A stretch of DNA of 16,175 nucleotides. It comes from Thermovirgaceae bacterium. GTDB taxonomy: Bacteria; Synergistota; Synergistia; Synergistales; Thermovirgaceae. A program made the position numbers and the translations under genes. Under the pieces are notes generated by a model. That model did no database searches. It worked only from the letters and a program-made list of their open reading frames with translations, and had not been told where the DNA came from. The DNA lies in NCBI GenBank assembly GCA_046542505.1, contig JBKHBH010000042.1, positions 1-16,175 on the forward strand, read 5' to 3'. Numbering within the stretch: position 1 is the first letter of the stretch; each line of letters begins with the position of its first letter. Shown piece after piece: positions 1 to 7,551 of the stretch.

Positions 1-55
1 GGGGTGACATTTTCCCTGTCCCCTTAAAGGGTGACATTATCGCTGTCCGGTCACA
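1..55. mobile_element. Probable terminal end (IR region) of an IS1202/ISNCY-like insertion sequence; the element body would lie left of the window
   Basis: Two 20-bp direct repeats, GGGTGACATTTTCCCTGTCC (2-21) and GGGTGACATTATCGCTGTCC (29-48), 18/20 identical. The sequence ends in ACA at 53-55, 17 nt after the last GACATT. From recall, this is the layout of TGT...ACA-ended IS1202-type ends with repeated transposase-binding motifs. No transposase is visible in the window. Confidence 0.6.
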
Positions 56-71
56 TTCTCGCTGCGCGAGC

Positions 72-100
72 TTGACAGGAGTGCGACCATCCTGTATTGT
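72..100 (+). promoter_or_regulatory. Sigma70/SigA-type promoter of cspA
   Basis: TTGACA (72-77), 17-bp spacer, TATTGT (95-100). Confidence 0.7.
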
Positions 101-162
101 GAGGACTCAGGTTGACAGGCGCCGTCGGCCGATTCTATTTCCACGTATTAGGAGGAAGTACT

Positions 163-366
163 TTGACAACAGAAGGAACAGTAAAATGGTTCAACGAGGC
201 AAAAGGGTACGGTTTTATCACTGCCGAGAGCGGCACGGACGTTTTCGTCCACTATTCCGCCATTGAAGAAGAAGGGTTCAAGACTCTCGCTGAAGGCCAG
301 CGTGTTTCCTTCGAGGTCGTTGAGGGCACCAAGGGCCCCCAAGCTTCGAATGTCGCAAAACTGTAA
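163..366 (+). CDS. cspA: Cold-shock protein (CspA family), 67 aa
   Basis: [15 protein letters not shown] (RNP1), DVFVHYSAI (RNP2) and GPQASNV. SD AGGAGG at 150-155 precedes an in-frame TTG at 163, so the start is shortened from the ORF-track value of 112. Confidence 0.96.
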   Translation: MTTEGTVKWFNEAKGYGFITAESGTDVFVHYSAIEEEGFKTLAEGQRVSFEVVEGTKGPQASNVAKL

Positions 367-401
367 ACCATACAGAAATAGCGAAACAGTCCTTCAAAAA
401 C

Positions 402-445
402 AAAAAGCGGCATCCCCTTCAAGGGGATGCCGCTTTTTTGGTTTT
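402..445. terminator. Bidirectional intrinsic terminator between convergent cspA and TAXI genes
   Basis: Perfect inverted repeat AAAAAGCGGCATCCCCTT-c-AAGGGGATGCCGCTTTTT (402-438), with an A-run before and a T-run after. Confidence 0.92.
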
Positions 446-478
446 CACCAACGGCGCATGCCATGGTATACAATCAAA

Positions 479-1432
479 TTACTCGATTTCGGGAACCTCG
501 AGTCCGATTTCCCTGTAGTACTTGGCTGCACCGGGATGCACGGGGACAGAAACACCATCGAGGGCCGTTTCGATGGTTACGAGTTTGCCCTTCGAGTGGA
601 CCTGGTACAAGTCCTCGACATTTTTCCAGAACGCCTTGGTGATCTTGTACACCGCGTCTTCGCTCAAACCGGCATCGCAGACCCACATGGCCTGGACGGC
701 CGTGGTTACCGTGTCCTTGTCGACACCTGTATAGGTTCCAGCGGGCACGATGTCCTTCGTGAAGAAGGGATACTGGCTGTTCAGGTCGTCAATGAAGCTC
801 TCGTCAAAGTCGACAAGGGTGATGTCATGACGGGTGGCGAGGTCCATGATCGCAGCCGTGGGCCAGCCGGCGACGACAAATCCGACATCAAGCTGGCCGT
901 CTTTCATCCGGTCGGCGGTGTTGTTGAAGTCCAGGAAATCCGTATCCATGTCGCTGAATTTGAAGTCGAGAACGCGGAAGATCAGCTGGACGTCGGCGAG
1001 AACACCCGACCCCGGAGCGCCAACGGACACCCGTTTGCCGGGAAGATCGTGGATTGTTTCAACGCCTGATTTCTTCATGGCCACGACCTGGATCGTCTCG
1101 GGATACAGGGTAGCGATGGCTCGGACGTTCTTGTAAGGTTCGTCGAACATCATTTCGCCGTTGTGGGCGAAGAAAGCGACGTCGTTTTGGACCAGAGCCA
1201 TTTCGATCTGGTTCGTGCCGATCAGGTTGAGGTTCGCCACCGAGGCGTTGCCCGTTTCGGCCGTCATCTGCAGACCTTCAACGTTTTTGCTCACGATATC
1301 GGCTATGCCGCCACCGATGGGATAATAGGTCCCTCCGGTGCCTCCCGTCGCGAGTGAAACGAAGTCCTGTGCAGCGGCCAGGCCTGCGAAGGCAAATACG
1401 AAAGCAAGTGCCAGTACTAAAATCTTTTTCAT
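479..1432 (-). CDS. TAXI-family TRAP transporter solute-binding receptor, 317 aa, secreted
   Basis: N-terminal signal peptide (MKKILVLALAFVFAFAGLAAA). TAXI motifs ATGGTGGTYYPIGG, TGNASVAN, LYPETIQVV, GAPGSG and PVHPGAAKYY. SD AAGGAGG upstream on the - strand. Confidence 0.93.
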   Translation of the reverse strand: MKKILVLALAFVFAFAGLAAAQDFVSLATGGTGGTYYPIGGGIADIVSKNVEGLQMTAETGNASVANLNLIGTNQIEMALVQNDVAFFAHNGEMMFDEPYKNVRAIATLYPETIQVVAMKKSGVETIHDLPGKRVSVGAPGSGVLADVQLIFRVLDFKFSDMDTDFLDFNNTADRMKDGQLDVGFVVAGWPTAAIMDLATRHDITLVDFDESFIDDLNSQYPFFTKDIVPAGTYTGVDKDTVTTAVQAMWVCDAGLSEDAVYKITKAFWKNVEDLYQVHSKGKLVTIETALDGVSVPVHPGAAKYYREIGLEVPEIE

Positions 1433-1564
1433 CTAAAAACCCCCTCCTTGACATTTGGTGTTTCTCCGGTTAAAGGCAAGCCTGTACGTCTGAAGACAAC
1501 GAAATAACCACCTCCCCCCCTCTCTCTGCCTGAAAGTGTTCTTTGTGCAGTTTCAGACAAGTAC

Positions 1565-1593
1565 AGTATAGAGGCCACAGGCCGGGCTTTCAA
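1565..1593 (-). promoter_or_regulatory. SigA-type promoter of the TAXI gene (gives a ~125-nt 5' UTR)
   Basis: On the - strand: TTGAAA (1593-1588), 17-bp spacer, TATACT (1570-1565). Confidence 0.7.
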
Positions 1594-1601
1594 GTTTTGC
1601 G

Positions 1602-1624
1602 CCGGACATTGTGACCGGACATTG
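1602..1624. repeat. 10-bp direct repeat CCGGACATTG x2, possible operator
   Basis: Exact copies at 1602-1611 and 1615-1624, between the divergent TAXI and hutP promoters. Confidence 0.5.
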
Positions 1625-1648
1625 CTTCCATAGTCGGGGCGGGGGATT

Positions 1649-1659
1649 TGGTATATACT
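1649..1659 (+). promoter_or_regulatory. Putative -10 region of the hutP promoter
   Basis: TGGTATATACT, containing TATACT at 1654-1659. No good -35 box. Confidence 0.35.
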
Positions 1660-1719
1660 ACCCATGGCCGCGAAATTCTTTGTCGTGCGTGGGCTCTTGA
1701 AATCAGGAGGATGGTTTTG

Positions 1720-2292
1720 ATGAACTGGAAAGACATATTTAGCGGGAAAGAGGTTTATGAAAAGGAACAAGTAATGATGGCCGGAATATCCGAAAAACCG
1801 GCGGAACGCAACCCTGCCGACAACTGCGAGACAAGGCGACACGGGGAAACGGACCTGCATCTGTCAGTTCACTTGCGGCTTACAGATGAAAGTCAGGTTG
1901 GCAGGGCTGCACTGCTTCTGGCCTCAACAACGACTTCCGAGGAAGAATCCTCTTTGAAAAAACAGATACTGAAATCCGGATGGAGGGCCGTCGCGACGGA
2001 AGTCGGCGGGCTTGCGGGTGACCTTCCCCAGAAGATCACGCGAGCTGTTGTGGGGGCGGCCCTGAATTCAGGGGTGGTGGAGAAAAAAAGCGGCGAAATG
2101 CACGCCTTGATGCACGCTGCCCTTGAGGCCATGAACAGCTTTATTTCCATGAGCCTTCTGGAAGCGAGTATCGGAGCGAAAATAGGTATTGTCCGGAATC
2201 GTCTCTGGGTGGCCGTTGCCGTTGTCGGTGATTCGGCCTATCATGCCGTGGCACACCATGAACGGTGCGGCCTTGGCGTGATGCACCTGTAA
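1720..2292 (+). CDS. hutP: HutP-family histidine-responsive RNA-binding antiterminator-like protein, 190 aa from ATG 1720
   Basis: VGRAALLL, HALMHAALEA, WVAVAVVG and C-terminal HERCGLGVMHL match B. subtilis HutP (IGRLSVLLL, HALYHATMEA, WIAVSLYG, HETFGVGINHI). SD AGGAGG at 1705-1710. Alternative starts at 1774/1777. Confidence 0.88.
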   Translation: MNWKDIFSGKEVYEKEQVMMAGISEKPAERNPADNCETRRHGETDLHLSVHLRLTDESQVGRAALLLASTTTSEEESSLKKQILKSGWRAVATEVGGLAGDLPQKITRAVVGAALNSGVVEKKSGEMHALMHAALEAMNSFISMSLLEASIGAKIGIVRNRLWVAVAVVGDSAYHAVAHHERCGLGVMHL

Positions 2293-2308
2293 AAAGCGGG
2301 GCGAGGTC

Positions 2309-2337
2309 TTGTCCACTCGCTTCGTGTGTGATACATT
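2309..2337 (+). promoter_or_regulatory. Promoter of the rpmE operon (extended -10)
   Basis: TTGTCC (2309-2314), 17 bp, TG-a-TACATT (-10 at 2332-2337). Confidence 0.55.
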
Positions 2338-2382
2338 CACACATTGTGAATATTCAAAAATGCCAGGGAGGTGCCCGATCAA

Positions 2383-2631
2383 GTGAAAAAGGACATACAC
2401 CCGGAATACAAGAAATGCCGTGTGACCTGTGCCTGCGGCAACACCTTTGAAACCCGTTCCACCGTGGAGGAGATCAAGGTTGCTGTCTGTTCGTCATGTC
2501 ACCCCTTCTACACGGGAAAACGGGGTTCAAGGGTAATGGAAGCCGGTAGGGTCGAAAAATTCCAGCAGAAGTACGCCGGGACGAGGTTCGGGAAAAAGCA
2601 GGACGACGAAGAAAAGGACGCACGGGAATAA
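2383..2631 (+). CDS. rpmE: 50S ribosomal protein L31, zinc-binding (C+) type, 82 aa
   Basis: [23 protein letters not shown] and GRVEKF. SD GGAGGTG immediately upstream of the in-frame GTG at 2383. Confidence 0.97.
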   Translation: MKKDIHPEYKKCRVTCACGNTFETRSTVEEIKVAVCSSCHPFYTGKRGSRVMEAGRVEKFQQKYAGTRFGKKQDDEEKDARE

Positions 2632-2656
2632 TCATCCTTTCCCGGCGGTTTCCATC

Positions 2657-3361
2657 ATGAAACTTGCAGTGCACCTGCTTTCCTGTACTCCGGAACCTGA
2701 CAGGACCGTGGCTGCTGCAGCACGTCTTTGCTACAGCGATGCTTCTGCGGAAGACCTTTTCTCAGAAATCGGACAAAAGAAGATCAGGGGTTTTCTGGAA
2801 CATCTCAGGAAATCGGGGCACATGTCGCCATTTGAACATGCCTCGTTTTCTTTCGGGGTTGATGGGATAAGCCGTATCTGTTCTCATCAGCTGGTCAGAC
2901 ATCGCATGGCCAGCTATTCCCAGCAAAGCCAGCGGTACGTGGCGATGGCGAAACCTGACGTGATCGTGCCGCCTTCCATAGAAGCCGATCCAGTGCTGAA
3001 GGAACGCTACACGGCTCTCGTGGCTTCAAGCCTTGAAGCGTACAGGGAATTCGTAGAAAAGGGAGTCCCGCGGGAAGACGCGCGGTATCTTTTGCCCCAT
3101 GGGTGGCAGACGCGAATTGTGTTGACCATGAACGCCAGGGAACTCCATCATTTTTTCCGCCTTCGTTTGTGCAGGAGAGCCCAATGGGAAATCCGCGAAC
3201 TCGCCAGGAGGATGCTTGTGCTGGCGCGAAAGGAAGCACCGGTGCTGTTCACTCTTGCCGGGCCGGATTGCCTGGTTGAAGGACAGTGCCGTGAAGCAAC
3301 CCCATGTGGAAACCCTTACAGTTCGATTGAGGAACTTCTTGCGGATGAGACGCGTTTTTAG
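2657..3361 (+). CDS. thyX: FAD-dependent thymidylate synthase ThyX
   Basis: GHMSPFEH, ThyX motif HQLVRHRMASYSQQSQRY, EDARYLLP, MNAREL and RAQWEIR. Confidence 0.96.
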   Translation: MKLAVHLLSCTPEPDRTVAAAARLCYSDASAEDLFSEIGQKKIRGFLEHLRKSGHMSPFEHASFSFGVDGISRICSHQLVRHRMASYSQQSQRYVAMAKPDVIVPPSIEADPVLKERYTALVASSLEAYREFVEKGVPREDARYLLPHGWQTRIVLTMNARELHHFFRLRLCRRAQWEIRELARRMLVLARKEAPVLFTLAGPDCLVEGQCREATPCGNPYSSIEELLADETRF

Positions 3362-4304
3362 GGCCGCGCTGAGGTTTCTTGCACTGCCAGGCCTCGCCGC
3401 CTTCGGGAAACGGGAGATTCCTGTGGGAGGGCAGGCGGTCATAGAGGGTGTCCTGATGAGAGGTCCCGAACGATGGGGACTCTCCGTGAGGACTTCCGAA
3501 GGAGATATCCGGCGACATGCATGGGCGAGCCGTCCCTGGTCGCAGATTCGCCCCTGGAACCTTCCTCTTTTCAGGGGTGTCGCAACCATGGCCGAAATGC
3601 TTTACACGGGAACGAAAGCCCTTTCGCTTTCAGCGGAGATTTCCCTGGGCGAGGAGGAGAGCCTGGGGACATGGGGACTGGTGCTCTCCATTGGAGCGGC
3701 GATACTTGCTGTGGTAGGGCTCTTTGTGGCCTTGCCGCTTCTTGCGGCTGATCTGGCCGAAAGACATCTGGGCCTTTCACCGGGTTCGCGACATATCGTC
3801 GAGGGTTTGGCGAGAGCCGGCGTGTTCATCGGCTACATTGCTGTCATTGGCTTGTGGAAAGAGATAGGCAGAGTATTCGAGTATCATGGGGCGGAACACA
3901 AGACCATCAATGCCTTTGAAGCGGGCGAAGAAATGGAACCTGCTGCAATTGCCCGATATTCCCGGATTCACACCCGTTGCGGAACATCATTTTTGCTGGT
4001 GGTTGTCGCCGTCAGCGTCGTTGTCTTTTCCCTGATCGGCGAGGGCGGCATACTCTGGAGAGTTGCCTCAAGGGTTCTTTTGTTGCCACTGGTCATAGGG
4101 ATTTCCTACGAAATCATCAAATGGTGCGGGAAAAACCGGAAGGCTGGACGGATTCTGATGTGGCCCGCACTTTGGCTGCAATACCTTACGACCCGCGAAC
4201 CAGACGAGTCACAGATAGAGGTGGCTGTTTCCGCACTTGAGACAGCCCTGGGGGAAGCCCCCCCGGTGCAGGAGACAACAGGCGGTGAAATAAGTGGAAA
4301 TTGA
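3345..4304 (+). CDS. DUF1385 (YqhQ-like) membrane protein
   Basis: [30 protein letters not shown] and TTREPD motifs, several hydrophobic segments, typical position upstream of prfA. Start chosen at in-frame ATG 3345 (GAGGA at 3329-3333) instead of 3216. Confidence 0.88.
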   Translation: MRRVFRAALRFLALPGLAAFGKREIPVGGQAVIEGVLMRGPERWGLSVRTSEGDIRRHAWASRPWSQIRPWNLPLFRGVATMAEMLYTGTKALSLSAEISLGEEESLGTWGLVLSIGAAILAVVGLFVALPLLAADLAERHLGLSPGSRHIVEGLARAGVFIGYIAVIGLWKEIGRVFEYHGAEHKTINAFEAGEEMEPAAIARYSRIHTRCGTSFLLVVVAVSVVVFSLIGEGGILWRVASRVLLLPLVIGISYEIIKWCGKNRKAGRILMWPALWLQYLTTREPDESQIEVAVSALETALGEAPPVQETTGGEISGN

Positions 4305-5367
4305 AAAAAAACTCGACGAAGTTGAAAAAACTTACCTGGATCTCGAAAAACGGATGAGCGAACCCGAGGTTGCGAAAGACCCCCAGAAAGTCCAGGAACT
4401 TGCGAAACGACATGCCGGACTCGAACCGGTGGTGCAGGTATATAGGGAATACATGAACGTGTCCCGACGCATTGAAGAGGCCCGGGAACTTTTGCATGCC
4501 CCGGACAAGGAACTGGCCGATATGGCCCACGAGGAAGTAAGGAGCCTGGAACCTGAACGTGAAGCCCTCGAGGAAAAACTCAAATTCCTTCTTCTGCCTA
4601 AAGATCCGAACGATGAAAAAAGTGTCATCATGGAAATACGCGCCGGTGCCGGAGGGGAAGAAGCGGCGCTTTTCGCAGGCGACCTGTACCGGATGTACTC
4701 CCGCTATGCCGAGAGAAAAAACCGGAACGTGGAGATTTTGACCAGCAACGAAACCGGTATCGGAGGATACAAGGAGATCGTTTTTCGTATAGATGGACGC
4801 GGCGCCTACAGCGAGCTCAAGTATGAAAGCGGTGTCCATAGGGTACAGAGAGTTCCCGTGACCGAGTCGGGTGGACGCATCCATACATCGACGGCGACGG
4901 TGGCAGTATTGCCAGAGGCCGAAGATGTTGATGTCGAGGTCCGCCAGGAAGACCTGAAGATCGACACGTACCGGGCCAGCGGTGCCGGAGGCCAGCATGT
5001 CAACATGACCGATTCGGCGGTACGTATCACCCATTTCCCGACAGGTATTGTCGTTACATGTCAGGACGAACGGTCACAGATCAAAAACAGGATAAAGGCG
5101 ATGAAGCTTTTGCGCGCGAAAATTCTGGATGAAGAAATCCAACGCCAGGAAGCGGAACTGGCGGCGGAACGGAAGGGCCAGGTCGGCAGCGGAGATCGTT
5201 CGGAACGGATACGGACCTACAATTTTCCGCAAAACAGGGTGACCGACCACCGGATCGGACTGACCCTGCACAAACTTGAAACCATGCTTGAAGGGGATCT
5301 CGAGGAAATCCTCTCCGCTCTTTCCTTTGCGGATCAGTCGGAGAAACTGAAACACCTGGAGGCGTAA
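4294..5367 (+). CDS. prfA: Peptide chain release factor 1
   Basis: GAGGQHVN (GGQ motif), RF1-specific PxT motif (RVPVTES), [11 protein letters not shown] and RIRTYNFPQ. Confidence 0.98.
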   Translation: MEIEKKLDEVEKTYLDLEKRMSEPEVAKDPQKVQELAKRHAGLEPVVQVYREYMNVSRRIEEARELLHAPDKELADMAHEEVRSLEPEREALEEKLKFLLLPKDPNDEKSVIMEIRAGAGGEEAALFAGDLYRMYSRYAERKNRNVEILTSNETGIGGYKEIVFRIDGRGAYSELKYESGVHRVQRVPVTESGGRIHTSTATVAVLPEAEDVDVEVRQEDLKIDTYRASGAGGQHVNMTDSAVRITHFPTGIVVTCQDERSQIKNRIKAMKLLRAKILDEEIQRQEAELAAERKGQVGSGDRSERIRTYNFPQNRVTDHRIGLTLHKLETMLEGDLEEILSALSFADQSEKLKHLEA

Positions 5368-5370
5368 CCC

Positions 5371-6216
5371 ATGAAGGTAGGCAGGGCCAAGAGTCTTGCC
5401 GCATCGTGTCTTCGGGAGGCGGGCATCGAAAGCCCCGATTTTGAGGCGGACCTTTTGCTCGAATGGGTCTTTGGGCTGTCTCGGGCCTTCATCCACGCCC
5501 ACCCGGAAAAGGACCTTTCCGCGGAAAAATTCCCACGATTTCACGAGGCCATAAAAAGACGGTGCAGCAGGGAACCCTTGCAGCAGATCATTGGGGAAAC
5601 CGGTTTTTTCGGTCTTTCCTTCGAGGTGGCCAAGGGTGTTTTTATCCCGAGACAGGAAACGGAATTTCTTGTCGAGACCGCTCTGGAGGTTTTTCCGGGC
5701 GGTTTTTTTATCGACTGGGGGACCGGGAGCGGTTGTATTGCCGCAACCATACTTGCGAACCGGCATTCGGCCGCCTGTGTCGCCGTTGATTCTTCGCCTC
5801 GGGCCCTCAGGGTTGCATGGCGCAATCTCAAAAAGTACGGACTGCTGTCGCGCGCGCTTCTCTGGCATGGCAAAGATCCCTGGGAGGTGCCGATGAATGC
5901 AGCGTCCGCGGATCTCGTGATCAGTAATCCTCCGTATATCCCGGAGTCACAGATCCTCTCGTTGATGCCGGAAGTACGCCTTCATGACCCCCGAGAAGCG
6001 CTTTCAGGCGGGAGCGACGGCCTTGATGCCTACAGGATTCTTTTGCCCTGGGCTTTCCATGTGCTGAAAGCCGGCGGGACACATGTCCTCGAGATCGGGG
6101 GCAAAGACCAGGAGCAAGAGGTCCGGTCCCTGGCGAGCACCTTCAGATTTGTGAAATCAGTCCGGGATTATCTGGGACACCCACGCGTTCTTGTTTTGCA
6201 GAAAGAGCGATTTTGA
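5371..6216 (+). CDS. prmC: Release factor glutamine methyltransferase PrmC/HemK
   Basis: EPLQQIIG, VFIPRQETE, SAM-binding DWGTGSG and SNPPY motif. Directly follows prfA. Confidence 0.95.
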   Translation: MKVGRAKSLAASCLREAGIESPDFEADLLLEWVFGLSRAFIHAHPEKDLSAEKFPRFHEAIKRRCSREPLQQIIGETGFFGLSFEVAKGVFIPRQETEFLVETALEVFPGGFFIDWGTGSGCIAATILANRHSAACVAVDSSPRALRVAWRNLKKYGLLSRALLWHGKDPWEVPMNAASADLVISNPPYIPESQILSLMPEVRLHDPREALSGGSDGLDAYRILLPWAFHVLKAGGTHVLEIGGKDQEQEVRSLASTFRFVKSVRDYLGHPRVLVLQKERF

Positions 6217-6222
6217 TACAAT
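6214..6222 (+). promoter_or_regulatory. Putative extended -10 promoter for the trxB module
   Basis: TG-a-TACAAT overlapping the prmC stop codon. The -35 is poor. Confidence 0.4.
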
Positions 6223-6275
6223 AAAGGGAACTTTCATAAACGATGATGAAAAACCATGCAGGGAGGTCGGAGAGT

Positions 6276-7463
6276 ATGGAAAAAAGGGAACTGGTCATTA
6301 TCGGAGCAGGCCCGGCGGGATTGACGGCCGCCGTTTATGGAAAAAGGTCAGGGCTTGATGTTCTCGTCCTCGAAAAAGGAGTCCCCGGCGGACAGATCAA
6401 TGTGACCGATGAAATAGAGAACTGGACGGGGACGGTCCACACAAGCGGACCTGAGCTTGCCCAAAGTTTCAGGAAACACGCGGAACATTTCCAGGCGGAG
6501 TTCCGCGAGGCCACGGTGGAAGGTATAGAGATACGTGACGGCAACAAGATTATCAAAACCGACTCGGGAGAAATAGAAGCCGAAGTGGTTATCGTGGCGA
6601 CGGGAGCCAGTTTCCGGAAAGTCGGTGTCAAGGGCGAGGAAGAGTTTACCGGGCGGGGCGTGAGCTATTGTGCCGTGTGTGACGGTGCCTTCTTCAAGGA
6701 CGAGACTGTCGCCGTCATCGGCGGGGGGAACACGGCCGTAGAGGAAGCGGTTTACCTGACGCAATTTGCATCAAAGGTTTACATTATTCACAGGAGAGAT
6801 ACGTTCAGGGCTGACCGTGTTGCCACGGAACGGGCCTTGACCCATGAAAAGACCGAAGTCATCTGGAACAGCGTGGTTGAGGAAATCGCAGGTGACGAAA
6901 TGGTTGAAAAGGTCGTTCTTCAGAACGTCAAGACGGGCGAGCGAAGCGAGCTGCCCGTTGCCGGTGTTTTTGTGTTCGTCGGGATGGAGCCGAACGCCGG
7001 TTTTATGAAAGATTTGGTCGAAACCGCCAGGGGCGGATGGCTCAAGACCAATGAGAAAATGGAAACCAGCGTGGAAGGGATCTTCGCCGCCGGTGATGTG
7101 AGGGACAAGTTTCTGCGACAGGTTGTCACCGCTGCCGGTGACGGTGCGACGGCCGCCATGGCCGCTTATGCCTATATTTCGGAGCAGCTCCACCTGAAAC
7201 GCAAAGTCCTTGACACGGAACACGTTTTTGCCCTTTTGTACTCAAGCATTGACAGAAAACAGGTCAAACTTGCCGGAGAAGTTGAGGAGCTTGCCGAAAA
7301 CAAGGACGACCTGGTAATTCTTGACGGGTACAAGAATGCCAGAATGACGGAAAAACTCGGCATTGCCGAACTGCCGGCACTACTGGAGATAAAAAAGGGC
7401 GAAATCGTCCGCAGCGCAAGCCCCAAGGACCTGGAATCTGTAGTCAGTTTTACGGGTGAATAG
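6276..7463 (+). CDS. trxB: Thioredoxin-disulfide reductase with C-terminal Cys-less thioredoxin-like extension, 395 aa
   Basis: GAGPAG (FAD), active site CAVC, GGGNTA and HRRD (NADPH), TSVEGIFAAGD. About 90 extra residues after the normal C-terminus. SD GGAGG at 6262-6266 before ATG 6276. Confidence 0.94.
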   Translation: MEKRELVIIGAGPAGLTAAVYGKRSGLDVLVLEKGVPGGQINVTDEIENWTGTVHTSGPELAQSFRKHAEHFQAEFREATVEGIEIRDGNKIIKTDSGEIEAEVVIVATGASFRKVGVKGEEEFTGRGVSYCAVCDGAFFKDETVAVIGGGNTAVEEAVYLTQFASKVYIIHRRDTFRADRVATERALTHEKTEVIWNSVVEEIAGDEMVEKVVLQNVKTGERSELPVAGVFVFVGMEPNAGFMKDLVETARGGWLKTNEKMETSVEGIFAAGDVRDKFLRQVVTAAGDGATAAMAAYAYISEQLHLKRKVLDTEHVFALLYSSIDRKQVKLAGEVEELAENKDDLVILDGYKNARMTEKLGIAELPALLEIKKGEIVRSASPKDLESVVSFTGE

Positions 7464-7551
7464 ACGGAGTCCCTGTGGTTGTCCCGCACAGGAAAGAACA
7501 CGCAAACAGGGAAAGGCCCGTTTTTGTGAAACGAAGAGGGGGAAACGACAG

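Noticed and set aside
1..64. CRISPR array or replication iterons
   Set aside because: There are only 2-3 short imperfect repeats with 0-7 nt spacers, and no cas or rep genes.
460..478. TACAAT -10-like element that could drive antisense transcription into the TAXI gene
   Set aside because: There is no matching -35, and the stretch is a short AT-rich intergenic region where such hexamers arise by chance.
263..1069. 268-aa + strand ORF and other long overlapping ORFs (e.g. 4186-5034, 5074-5868, 7450-8109, 9458-10399 on the - strand)
   Set aside because: They are antisense or alternate-frame shadows of well-supported genes, with no recognisable motifs.
1520..1556. Glycine-riboswitch-like words (CUUUCAGGCA) in the TAXI leader
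   Set aside because: The upstream GGAGA and CCGAAG aptamer elements are missing and there is no room for them after the predicted TSS.
2344..2360. Rex-like box TTGTGAA-ta-TTCAAAA upstream of rpmE
   Set aside because: The spacer is 2 nt instead of the 4 nt in the Rex consensus.
7464..7530. Possible terminator or attenuator between trxB and the PfkB-like gene
   Set aside because: Pairings exist (CCTGTG/CACAGG and TCCCTGT/ACAGGGA), but no compact stem directly precedes the T-run.
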